Below are positions 1 to 7,539 of a stretch of 32,000 bases of DNA, piece by piece. Every line of letters starts with the position of its first letter. Within the stretch, counting starts at the first letter, position 1. The translations under genes and the position numbers were made by a program. The notes under the pieces were generated by a model, which searched no databases, was not told where the DNA came from, and was given only the letters and a program-made list of their open reading frames with translations. Origin of the DNA: Geotalea daltonii FRC-32 (GTDB lineage Bacteria > Desulfobacterota > Desulfuromonadia > Geobacterales > Geobacteraceae); NCBI RefSeq assembly GCF_000022265.1, contig NC_011979.1:2280001-2312000 (forward strand), written 5' to 3'.

Positions 1-35
1 GGTCAAGCTGTTTGAAACATTTGTTTTGCAGCATT

Positions 36-65
36 CGGGAACCTTTTCCTTCCTGTTGCGTATAT
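36..65 (+). promoter_or_regulatory. ECF-sigma-type promoter (GGGAAC-N16-CGTAT) upstream of the peptidase-MA-like lipoprotein gene
   Basis: Sequence cGGGAACcttttccttcctgttgCGTATat has GGAAC at 38-42, a 16-nt spacer and CGTAT at 59-63. It matches 27574-27603, directly upstream of the ECF sigma gene, at 25 of 30 positions. Confidence 0.55.
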
Positions 66-151
66 CCAGCTGGAACACGCAGCTTTCGGCCGGAACGGCA
101 TGGGCGAAGGAATCATGAATGAGTCATCATGGATATGGTTGGGAAATTGGA

Positions 152-1078
152 ATGCGGGGGGCTTTTTTGAAAGCAATTTCAGTGCTGTTTCTACTTGTAA
201 CCCTGCCAGGTTGTGGGGTATTACGGACAGGTGCTGCCTCATTGAAATCAACCGCGGATTTTATGCCGATGGAAGCGGATCGACGCGTTTTTGCCGAAGC
301 CGGCGGAGAGGATGTGGCGGCGGTGGCCGCGCAACTGCTGCCGGAGGCGGTCGCCACGGTCGAAAAACAGCAGGGCCGGCCTTTTCCCAAGCCGGTGGAG
401 GTTTATGTTACAAGGGATGAGGAGAGTTTTGCCGCGTTTACCGGCGTGGCGAAGCAGGTGCGGGGTGCCGTCATTCTCAAGCTGTTCCTGTCAGGTGGGC
501 TGAGAAAGGAGCCTGAGCGGATCCGCAGGATTCTTGTACATGAGCTGTCCCATATGCACCTCTGGCAATATGTTGGACTGTACCCCTACAATGCAAATCT
601 GCCGTCATGGTTTCAGGAGGGGCTGGCGGTGCTTGTTTCGGGTGGAGGGGGCGCCGAGCGGGTCAGCGAGGATGCTGCAGCCGCTGCCATTGCGGCCGGC
701 AAGGCTGTTACGCCCGAGTCGACGGGAAGTTTCTTTTTCAAAAAGTCTGGCGCCTCGTACGGGCTGGAACCCCACATGTTCTACCGGCAGAGCGGAATGT
801 TCGTCTCTTACCTGAAGAGTCTGGATGAGGAACGCTTCGCTGCTTTCATGTCGGACCTTGAAGGGGGGCGTACCTTCGAAGATGCCTTCAACGATGCTTT
901 TCGAGGCAGCGTCGGTGAACTGTGGCAGGTTTTTGCGGCGCGATGCAAAACAGCCGCTGACTTACGGCACCGGATTTTCAGAAGAACCCAGTCGCCTCAA
1001 AAAGCATCGTCACCGGAAACTCCCGTTCGGGTGACCTCGGCAGCTTTTAAATGGGAAAGATATGTGACTGCAAAATGA
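152..1078 (+). CDS. Exported lipoprotein, peptidase-MA-like zinc metallopeptidase (HExxH)
   Basis: From ORF 119..1078. I moved the start to Met12 (152), giving MRGAFLKAISVLFLLVTLPGC, a signal peptide with lipobox Cys. VHELSHMH (HExxH) is followed by WFQEGLA, the arrangement typical of peptidase MA-like families. Confidence 0.8.
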   Translation: MRGAFLKAISVLFLLVTLPGCGVLRTGAASLKSTADFMPMEADRRVFAEAGGEDVAAVAAQLLPEAVATVEKQQGRPFPKPVEVYVTRDEESFAAFTGVAKQVRGAVILKLFLSGGLRKEPERIRRILVHELSHMHLWQYVGLYPYNANLPSWFQEGLAVLVSGGGGAERVSEDAAAAAIAAGKAVTPESTGSFFFKKSGASYGLEPHMFYRQSGMFVSYLKSLDEERFAAFMSDLEGGRTFEDAFNDAFRGSVGELWQVFAARCKTAADLRHRIFRRTQSPQKASSPETPVRVTSAAFKWERYVTAK

Positions 1079-1216
1079 CTGTGACGGGCAGTTCTGGCGA
1101 AATATTGCATATTGTTTTGTTTCCGATCGGCATTTTCTTGATATATGTCCTGGCCAAATTAGTAGCGTTGGCACGAAAAGGATATAAAGGGGCGATTGTA
1201 TTGGGGGCACTTCTTG
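1022..1216 (+). repeat. Copy 1 of a ~195-bp paralogous module (3' tail of the upstream gene plus the 5' part of a small membrane-protein gene); partner at 8381-8578
   Basis: The copies are colinear. Block gcttttaaatgggaaRgatatgt is 22/23 identical (1043-1065 vs 8407-8429). The block at 1171-1215 vs 8534-8578 is 40/45 identical. The middle is diverged but alignable. Confidence 0.8.
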
Positions 1217-1323
1217 CCATTTTTGCCCCTGATCCGGTCTATGAAAAACAATGCAAACTAATCCGGAAAGCAAAGGCACAAGTTGAGTGCGCAGAGGAAT
1301 CCGGAGATCCGCCCTCTTCCTAG
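1075..1323 (+). CDS. Small single-pass membrane protein (82 aa), unknown family
   Basis: In frame with ORF 1051..1323. ATG 1075 overlaps the upstream TGA (ATGA coupling). It has a hydrophobic helix ILHIVLFPIGIFLIYVLAKLVALA followed by ARKGYKGAIVLGALL, and the latter is 14/15 identical in the paralogue at 8444-8639. Confidence 0.6.
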   Translation: MTVTGSSGEILHIVLFPIGIFLIYVLAKLVALARKGYKGAIVLGALLAIFAPDPVYEKQCKLIRKAKAQVECAEESGDPPSS

Positions 1324-1498
1324 TGTCACGTGCGGTTAACTCTTTTTTGATAATTTCGGGTCTTTTGGCCCCCAGCTGTGTTGCGGCTTCTGGCCTTAGG
1401 CCAAGCCAGGCCTGCGTTGCCGCGCCTTGCCGGGAACCAAATCCCTCGAAATTCTTGCAGGGAACTAATCTGCACGGGACACTAGGGGTGAAACAGTA

Positions 1499-2521
1499 AT
1501 GCGGAAAATGCAAAAGGCAAAGTCAGTCAAAAAGTGTTTCCTGTTTGGATTCGGAACGCTTATCGCACTTATGACCATTGTTGTAGGAATCGCCATGATC
1601 TCCTCGGGCTCGGAAACAATGAAAATGACGCCGTATCATCCTTTTCGCTCAGCAAAAGCGAAAGAGCAATATCTGAAGGTATATGATCTGAAGGCCGGTA
1701 ACTGGCCGGTTCCTTCGGAATCGAGGCTGGTGAGCACTTCTTTCGGAGAAACCTTTGTAAGAATCAGCGGACCGGCGGAGGCTCCACCGCTGGTTTTGCT
1801 GCATGGGATCAATGGAAATTCGCTGCAGTGGATAACGAACGTTGAAGCCTTATCGGCAAGATACAGAGTATTCGCGGTGGACAACATCTATGACTGTGGG
1901 AGAAGTGTCTATACGCGAGCCGTGAAAACACCGGATGATTATGTAGTCTGGCTTGATGAGTTGTTCGATGCACTTCAGCTTCGTAACGGTATCAATCTCA
2001 TGGGGCTGTCGTATGGAGGGTGGCTGACAACCCAATACGCTCTCAGGCATCCGGGCCGCCTGGAGAAAATCGTGCTGCTGGCGCCGGTGTGCACTGTATT
2101 GCCGCTTTCATACAAATGGATCAGCCGGGCAGTGCTTTGCGCAGTGCCGCATCGCTACTTTACAAGAAGTTTTGTGTACTGGTTATTGGAGGATACGGCC
2201 AAAAAGGGCGAGGCCGGCCGGAAAGTGCTGGACGAAGAGGCGGAGTTTGCATTTCTGGCTTATCGCAGCTTCAAGCACAGGCCCATGGTCAATCCGACCG
2301 TTCTGTCTGATGAGGAATTGCAGGCCCTTAAGGTTCCCACGCTCTTCTTGATCGGCGAAAACGAAAAGATCTATTCCGCCCGGAAGGCCATTGAACGTCT
2401 TAACAGAGTGGCGCCCCGGATAAGATCGGAGGTCATTCCGAAGGCAGGTCACGATCTGACCGTCGTACAAGCGAAGCTGGTCAATGGAAAGGTGCTGGAA
2501 TTTCTGAGCTTGTCATTTTGA
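1499..2521 (+). CDS. Membrane-anchored alpha/beta-fold hydrolase
   Basis: 340-aa ORF with an N-terminal hydrophobic anchor (FLFGFGTLIALMTIVVGIAMI), HGINGNS, and the nucleophile elbow GLSYGG (G-x-S-x-G). Confidence 0.85.
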   Translation: MRKMQKAKSVKKCFLFGFGTLIALMTIVVGIAMISSGSETMKMTPYHPFRSAKAKEQYLKVYDLKAGNWPVPSESRLVSTSFGETFVRISGPAEAPPLVLLHGINGNSLQWITNVEALSARYRVFAVDNIYDCGRSVYTRAVKTPDDYVVWLDELFDALQLRNGINLMGLSYGGWLTTQYALRHPGRLEKIVLLAPVCTVLPLSYKWISRAVLCAVPHRYFTRSFVYWLLEDTAKKGEAGRKVLDEEAEFAFLAYRSFKHRPMVNPTVLSDEELQALKVPTLFLIGENEKIYSARKAIERLNRVAPRIRSEVIPKAGHDLTVVQAKLVNGKVLEFLSLSF

Positions 2522-2537
2522 TCAAGGAGGAAATCAT

Positions 2538-3425
2538 ATGCGTGACAGGTTGAACGCAGCAACGGATTGCCATGCCCGGGCTCGGGTGGGAGTACTCGAC
2601 AGCGAGATAGCATATGTGGATGCTGGAGAGGGTGAACCGATCGTATTTCTTCATGGGAATCCCACTTCCTCTTATCTGTGGCGAAATGTGATTCCACATC
2701 TGGAACAGGTCGGCCGCTGTCTGGCCCCCGACTTGGTGGGAATGGGCGACTCCGGCAAAATGCCCGGCGGCAGTTATCGCTTCGTGGATCAGGCACGCTA
2801 CCTGGATGCCTGGTTTGATGCACTGGGGCTGACGCATAACGTCACCCTGGTGGTTCACGATTGGGGATCGGCCCTGGGCTTTCATTGGGGTGCCCGCCAC
2901 CCGGAGCGGGTCAAGGCCATTGTCTATATGGAAGCCTTTGTCCAACCGCTCCGCTGGGATATGTGGCCCGAACATGCGCGGCCGGTCTTACAGGCGCTTC
3001 GGTCGCCCGCGGGGGAGCGCCTGGTTCTGGAAGAGAACATTTTTATTGAACGTTTCTTGCCGGGCAGTCTCCTGCGGGGGCTGACGGAGGAGGAATTGAC
3101 GGCCTACCGTCGTCCCTACCTTGAGCCGGGCGAGGTGCGCCGTCCCATGCTGATGTGGCCGCGCGAGATTCCGTTTGACGGTGAACCGGGCGATGTGCAT
3201 GACATCATGGCCCGCTATGCCGCCTGGCTTTCGACCACTTCTGTTCCCAAGCTTTTCATCAACGCTGATCCCGGCGTTATGTTGACAGGGGCACAGCGCG
3301 AGTTTTGTCGCACCTGGCCTTGCCAGCAGGAAGTCACCGTCCGCGGACGACACTTCATCCAAGAAGACGCCCCTGCGGAAATTGGCCGGGCCATCGCCGC
3401 TTTCCTGCAGTCCCTCTCAGATTAG
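2538..3425 (+). CDS. Haloalkane dehalogenase, HLD-II subfamily (DhaA/LinB/DmbA-like)
   Basis: RBS aaggagg at 2524-2530. Motifs present: FLHGNPTSSYLWRNVIPHL, VVHDWGSALGF (Asp nucleophile plus Trp), YMEAF (Glu) and GRHFIQEDAP (His). The protein is colinear with known HLD-II enzymes over its full 295 aa. Confidence 0.9.
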   Translation: MRDRLNAATDCHARARVGVLDSEIAYVDAGEGEPIVFLHGNPTSSYLWRNVIPHLEQVGRCLAPDLVGMGDSGKMPGGSYRFVDQARYLDAWFDALGLTHNVTLVVHDWGSALGFHWGARHPERVKAIVYMEAFVQPLRWDMWPEHARPVLQALRSPAGERLVLEENIFIERFLPGSLLRGLTEEELTAYRRPYLEPGEVRRPMLMWPREIPFDGEPGDVHDIMARYAAWLSTTSVPKLFINADPGVMLTGAQREFCRTWPCQQEVTVRGRHFIQEDAPAEIGRAIAAFLQSLSD

Positions 3426-3510
3426 AGGTCTGCGCGGAGCAAGTGATAAGCATTGAGAGGAGCCCTGATGGCGGTTTGGGGGGGACGCAAACATGGAGGG
3501 ACGGGCCTGT

Positions 3511-4290
3511 ATGATCTCGACAGATTGGTGGAATGAATTCTTCGCGGGGCCTTGGTCGCAGATCCAGGCCGGAGGTTACCCGGCGGAACGGACGATCGCT
3601 GAGTGCGACTTGATAGAGGTGGCGTTGGAGTTGGAACCTGGCGCGCGCATTCTCGATATACCGTGCGGGATCGGACGACACAGTGTGGAGCTTGCGCGAC
3701 GTGGTTTCCAGATGACCGGCGCAGACGTTAAACCCGAATACATCGCGCTTGCCAAGTCGAGTGCCGAGAGTGCCGCCGTCGCGGCACGCTTTTTGGTCTG
3801 CGACATGCGAGAGTTCGCTTCCGCAGACCGGTTCGACGCGGCATTCTGCTACTTCGGCAGCTTCGGCTACTTTACGGAAGAGGACGACATCAGGTTCGTT
3901 CGGGCCGTTGCAGCGGCCCTCAAGCCGGGTGGGCGATTCTTAATCGAGGGACATGTCGCGGAGACGTTTTTGCCGATCTATCGCGAGAGGGACTGGTTTT
4001 GGGCAGGTTCGCCGGAAAACCGCGTGCGTGTTCTAGAGGAACGTTCATGGAACATCGAGACCAGTCGCATCGAAACAACCTGGACGATAGTCGGCGAAGG
4101 TGGCACCAGGTCCACCGCAACATCGATGCGTATTTACACCTACCCGGAGTTGCGAGCCCTGCTCGCCTCAGCCGGTTTCACCGATATGGAAGCTTTGGAT
4201 GGCAAGACTGGCGGGCCGTTTCGACTCGGCTCACCCCGCGCTCTGATTGTAGCCGGGAAGCGCGCGGAAGACCCTGTAGGTGGACTATAG
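3511..4290 (+). CDS. Class I SAM-dependent methyltransferase
   Basis: From ORF 3493..4290. I prefer ATG 3511 as the start because GGAGGG lies at 3495-3500. Motif I is ILDIPCGIGRHSVELARRG, and the rest looks like a Rossmann-type methyltransferase. Confidence 0.85.
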   Translation: MISTDWWNEFFAGPWSQIQAGGYPAERTIAECDLIEVALELEPGARILDIPCGIGRHSVELARRGFQMTGADVKPEYIALAKSSAESAAVAARFLVCDMREFASADRFDAAFCYFGSFGYFTEEDDIRFVRAVAAALKPGGRFLIEGHVAETFLPIYRERDWFWAGSPENRVRVLEERSWNIETSRIETTWTIVGEGGTRSTATSMRIYTYPELRALLASAGFTDMEALDGKTGGPFRLGSPRALIVAGKRAEDPVGGL

Positions 4291-4451
4291 AGATGCCCGG
4301 ACTGCCGGCCTCCGGCACCAACAGGTACGTGATACAGTTTTGAAAATTTGATGAGGAGTTACCATGTCGAACCTGTTCCCACGCATTGAGGCCTTGACCT
4401 GAGGACAGGGCGTCCCAACAGGGGCAGGCGCCATGTAATCCGGCTGGGCTG

Positions 4452-4655
4452 ATGTATAACTTTGCCGTTCCCGATGTTGACGCAGAGTACGACCGACTCA
4501 TGGCAGCGGGATTCCAACCCGTCATGCCGATTGACGACCATCCATGGGGTGACCGCGGCTTCGCGATTAAAGACCCCAACGGCATCATGCTTTATCTTTA
4601 TTCCGATCGTGAGCCGAGCGAAGAATTCAAGCAGTACTACAAAGCTGTTGAATAG
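4452..4655 (+). pseudogene. Truncated VOC (glyoxalase/bleomycin-resistance) family gene, C-terminal half only
   Basis: The 67-aa ORF FAVPDVDAEYDRLMAAGFQPVMPIDDHPWGDRGFAIKDPNGIMLYLY matches the second beta-alpha-beta-beta-beta module of VOC proteins. The ~55-aa N-terminal module is absent. Upstream, a good RBS/ATG at 4364 opens only a 12-codon ORF. Confidence 0.55.
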
Positions 4656-4675
4656 CGTCGACTCCATCAACCTAC

Positions 4676-4781
4676 AGGGGACTACATGGCAAGAAACATC
4701 GAAATAAAAGCTTACATCGAGAGCGTAGATGCTCTGGTACCTAAAGCCGCGGCCATTGCCGACCAGGGGCCTATAGATATA
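4676..4781 (+). repeat. Left copy of a 106-bp direct repeat (RBS plus first 32 codons of the CYTH gene)
   Basis: 101/106 identical to 10461-10566 by hand alignment. Confidence 0.9.
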
Positions 4782-5210
4782 ATCCAGGACGATACCTTTT
4801 TTCGTTGCGACTCTGGCAGGTTGAAATTACGCGCTTTTTCCCCGGAGGAAGGCGAGCTGATCTTCTATCGCCGGGCCGATCAACAGGGGCCGAAGGAATC
4901 TTTCTATCTCCGTTCGCCGACATCAGCGCCCGAGGCATTGCGCGAATCCCTGTCCCTGGCCTACGGGCAGGCGGGCCGGGTGCAAAAGCACCGCACCCTC
5001 TTCCTCGCCGGCAGAACGCGCATTCACCTGGACAAGGTGGAAGGGTTGGGGGATTTCCTGGAACTCGAAGTTGTCCTGGAAGAAGGGGAACCGGCCGAAA
5101 AGGGTGTTCGGGAGGCCCACGAGCTCATGGCCAAGCTGGGGGTTGAGCCGTCGCAGCTTATAGAAGACGCATACGTGGATCTGCTTTCTGGAGGGAGAAA
5201 ATTGCCGTGA
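4686..5210 (+). CDS. cyaB: CYTH-domain protein, class IV adenylate cyclase (CyaB)-like
   Basis: 174-aa ORF. The N-terminus MARNIEIKAYI and the overall size and pattern fit CYTH/CyaB-type proteins. RBS agggga lies at 4676-4681. Confidence 0.7.
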   Translation: MARNIEIKAYIESVDALVPKAAAIADQGPIDIIQDDTFFRCDSGRLKLRAFSPEEGELIFYRRADQQGPKESFYLRSPTSAPEALRESLSLAYGQAGRVQKHRTLFLAGRTRIHLDKVEGLGDFLELEVVLEEGEPAEKGVREAHELMAKLGVEPSQLIEDAYVDLLSGGRKLP

Positions 5211-5344
5211 GGTCAATGCTTCTTGTTGCAGCTGTTATTTCAGTCATGATCATCAGCGGTTATGGCGGTCAAAGACATGGACTGGAGCAGAATTATGGAA
5301 GAATCGGACATAGCCCTTTTTTTAGTGTACGCTGAGGTGCAGGA

Positions 5345-6136
5345 ATGGTGGTTATAGGAAAACCGGCTCAGGATCTGGCGGGACAGGTGCAGCAATGGTG
5401 GTCTGCCCAAGGGGGAACTGCGGGGGGGCGGAGCTTTTACGAGATTCCACCCGATGGCAATATGAACCTGATCTTCCGGTTCTCGGCTTCCGGTTGGAGA
5501 ATGTCCCTGTTGGGTCCGAGAACCGAGAAGGCGTGCGTCGAGATCGACGAAGCCTCCGATTATTTCTGCCTCAGCTTCAATCCGGGGCAGACGCCGCGTT
5601 TGGCTGACGTGCGCCCTTCGGAACTGGTCGATACCTTTGCCGACCTTCCCGGACTAGGGGGGATGAGTAGCGCATCCCTGGCTGACCGCCTGTATTCCTT
5701 GCGGGATCCGCTGTCGCGAAAACTCGTCATGGAGGAACTGGTGCGCGGCTCCCTGCCCCTTGTCCGTGATGAGCGCTGCCGCCATGCCGCCACACTTCTG
5801 AAAGCCCATGGGGGACAGCTGCGGATCGATGAGCTCGCTGCCGGGCTCGGCCTCCATGTGCGCAGCCTGGAGCGTCTGTTTATCGATCATTTGGGGGTAT
5901 CTCCCAAGCAGCTTGCGCGTCTCATCCGTTTCAACCGGCTTGCCTGTGCACTTCGTGCCGGCAACTTCGCCAGCCTTGCGGATATAGCCTATGCCTGCGG
6001 CTATGCGGACCAGTCCCACATGATACGGGAATACAAGGAGTTCACCGGTTGCGTCCCCGGCGAAATCGGTTCCTGCGACATGCGTCCCGTGGCAGGGGCG
6101 CCTGGGACGCGGATCGTGCACCGCTTTCGTTCATAG
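5345..6136 (+). CDS. AraC family transcriptional regulator
   Basis: The C-terminus carries a double HTH (IDELAAGLGLHVRSLERLF and LADIAYACGYADQSHMIREYKEFTGCVPGE). The N-terminal ~150 aa is a non-cupin effector domain. Confidence 0.85.
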   Translation: MVVIGKPAQDLAGQVQQWWSAQGGTAGGRSFYEIPPDGNMNLIFRFSASGWRMSLLGPRTEKACVEIDEASDYFCLSFNPGQTPRLADVRPSELVDTFADLPGLGGMSSASLADRLYSLRDPLSRKLVMEELVRGSLPLVRDERCRHAATLLKAHGGQLRIDELAAGLGLHVRSLERLFIDHLGVSPKQLARLIRFNRLACALRAGNFASLADIAYACGYADQSHMIREYKEFTGCVPGEIGSCDMRPVAGAPGTRIVHRFRS

Positions 6137-6228
6137 GCAGAGTTCATCATGTCGCATTTGTACAATATCGTGGAGTTATTTTCATGCTATCTGTTGGTTT
6201 ATAATCCACACATTGTACGGAGTTGAAT

Positions 6229-7161
6229 ATGCCCAGTTTACGAAGCCGCATCTTTCTCACAGTACTCAGAAACCGCCACCTGTTGAAGTTCAAGCTGAAA
6301 AAGGAGACCGCCCGCGAGTGGGAGACCTCCCTTCCCGCGGTGCGCGCCTCGGCCGCAAAGACGTCCAAGATGTTCGGGAAGCTGCCGAAGGGTATCCGAT
6401 CGGCGCCCGTCGCCATAGGGGAACTATCCGCCGAATGGATTGAACCCATTCAGGCTGATAACGATTCCGTCATCCTCTATTTCCATGGCGGAGGGTACAT
6501 ACTCGGTTCCATCGAGGCCCACCGGGGGATCGTCGCCAAGTTCGTCAGCGGGAGCGGTGCCCGTGCCCTGCTGTTCGGTTATCGTCTGGCGCCGGAGCAC
6601 CGCTTTCCTGCCGCCCTCGATGATGCGGTTGCTGCTTACCGGTGGCTGCTCTCGGTGGGAATTTCACCAGCGAAAATCGTCTTTGCAGGAGATTCCGCCG
6701 GAGCGGGGCTCTGCCTGGCGACGCTGCTTGCCGTTCGAGACCGGGGAATGCCGCTGCCGGCTGCCGCAGTGGCCCTTTCTCCCTGGACCGACATGAAGCA
6801 TACCGGCGAATCGTTGCAAACCAATGCTTCGAAATGCCTGGCGCCGACCGGTTCCTGGGTCGTCTGCGCCAATCATTACCTTGGAGGGCACGACCCTGGT
6901 GATCCGTATGCATCTCCTCTCTACGGGGACTTGCGTGATCTCCCGCCGCTTTTGATATATGTGGGGGGGGACGAAACATTGCGGGACGATTCGGTCCGCT
7001 ACGCACGGAAGGCGAAAGATGCGGGAGTGGAGGTGACGCTCAGGGTCGGAGAGGGGATGTGCCATTGCTATCCGGCATGCGCCCCGCTGTTTCCTGAGGC
7101 AACCAGGGCCATGGAGGAAATCTGTTCTTTCATCAAGAGGCATCAGGGGAGGCTCGACTGA
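6229..7161 (+). CDS. Alpha/beta hydrolase fold-3 esterase/lipase (hormone-sensitive-lipase family IV)
   Basis: HGGGY oxyanion motif and GDSAGAG nucleophile elbow are present. I placed the start at ATG 6229, 6 nt after GGAG, rather than the TTG at 6223 used by the ORF track. Confidence 0.85.
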   Translation: MPSLRSRIFLTVLRNRHLLKFKLKKETAREWETSLPAVRASAAKTSKMFGKLPKGIRSAPVAIGELSAEWIEPIQADNDSVILYFHGGGYILGSIEAHRGIVAKFVSGSGARALLFGYRLAPEHRFPAALDDAVAAYRWLLSVGISPAKIVFAGDSAGAGLCLATLLAVRDRGMPLPAAAVALSPWTDMKHTGESLQTNASKCLAPTGSWVVCANHYLGGHDPGDPYASPLYGDLRDLPPLLIYVGGDETLRDDSVRYARKAKDAGVEVTLRVGEGMCHCYPACAPLFPEATRAMEEICSFIKRHQGRLD

Positions 7162-7162
7162 C

Positions 7163-7486
7163 ATGAACAGGGAAACCAGCGAGGACATGATCATGACTGC
7201 AGAAAATCAACTTGTGGAAGAAAGCGATACCAGGTTCATCAAGGGCTATTTCAGGGAAGGTCCCAACGGCCCCCTTGCCTTCTTTCCCACCAAGGAAAAG
7301 AAGCGACTTGCCATTTTGCGCAGGTTGATCAACAGGTTCGATCCCCAGCGCACCTATACGGAAAAAGAAGTGAACGAGATTCTTGCCGAGACGTTCCCTG
7401 ATTACGCCATTCTGCGGCGAAACCTGGTCGAGTACGGCTTTCTGGACCGGTACGCCGACGGCAGCTGCTATTGGGTGAAATGCTGA
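7163..7486 (+). CDS. DUF2087-domain protein
   Basis: 107 aa. The stretch PTKEKKRLAILRRLINRFDPQRTYTEKEVNEILAETFPDYAILRRNLVEYGFLDR matches the DUF2087 pattern. The gene starts 1 nt after the esterase stop. Confidence 0.7.
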   Translation: MNRETSEDMIMTAENQLVEESDTRFIKGYFREGPNGPLAFFPTKEKKRLAILRRLINRFDPQRTYTEKEVNEILAETFPDYAILRRNLVEYGFLDRYADGSCYWVKC

Positions 7487-7539
7487 GGGGACTCCTGTTA
7501 TTGATTCTCCGGTCATATGGACTGTACAAGGGAGAAAAG

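Noticed and set aside
4364-4438. In-frame TGA at 4400 considered as a possible selenocysteine codon
   Set aside because: Read-through would add only 11 codons before a TAA. The downstream 4-bp stem is not SECIS-like. A decay scar explains it better.
5216-5335. 39-codon ORF (MLLVAAVISVMIISGYGGQRHGLEQNYGRIGHSPFFSVR) between the CYTH and AraC genes
   Set aside because: It has a hydrophobic N-terminus, but the GAGG is only 3-4 nt from the ATG and I cannot assess conservation, so it is not reported as a feature.
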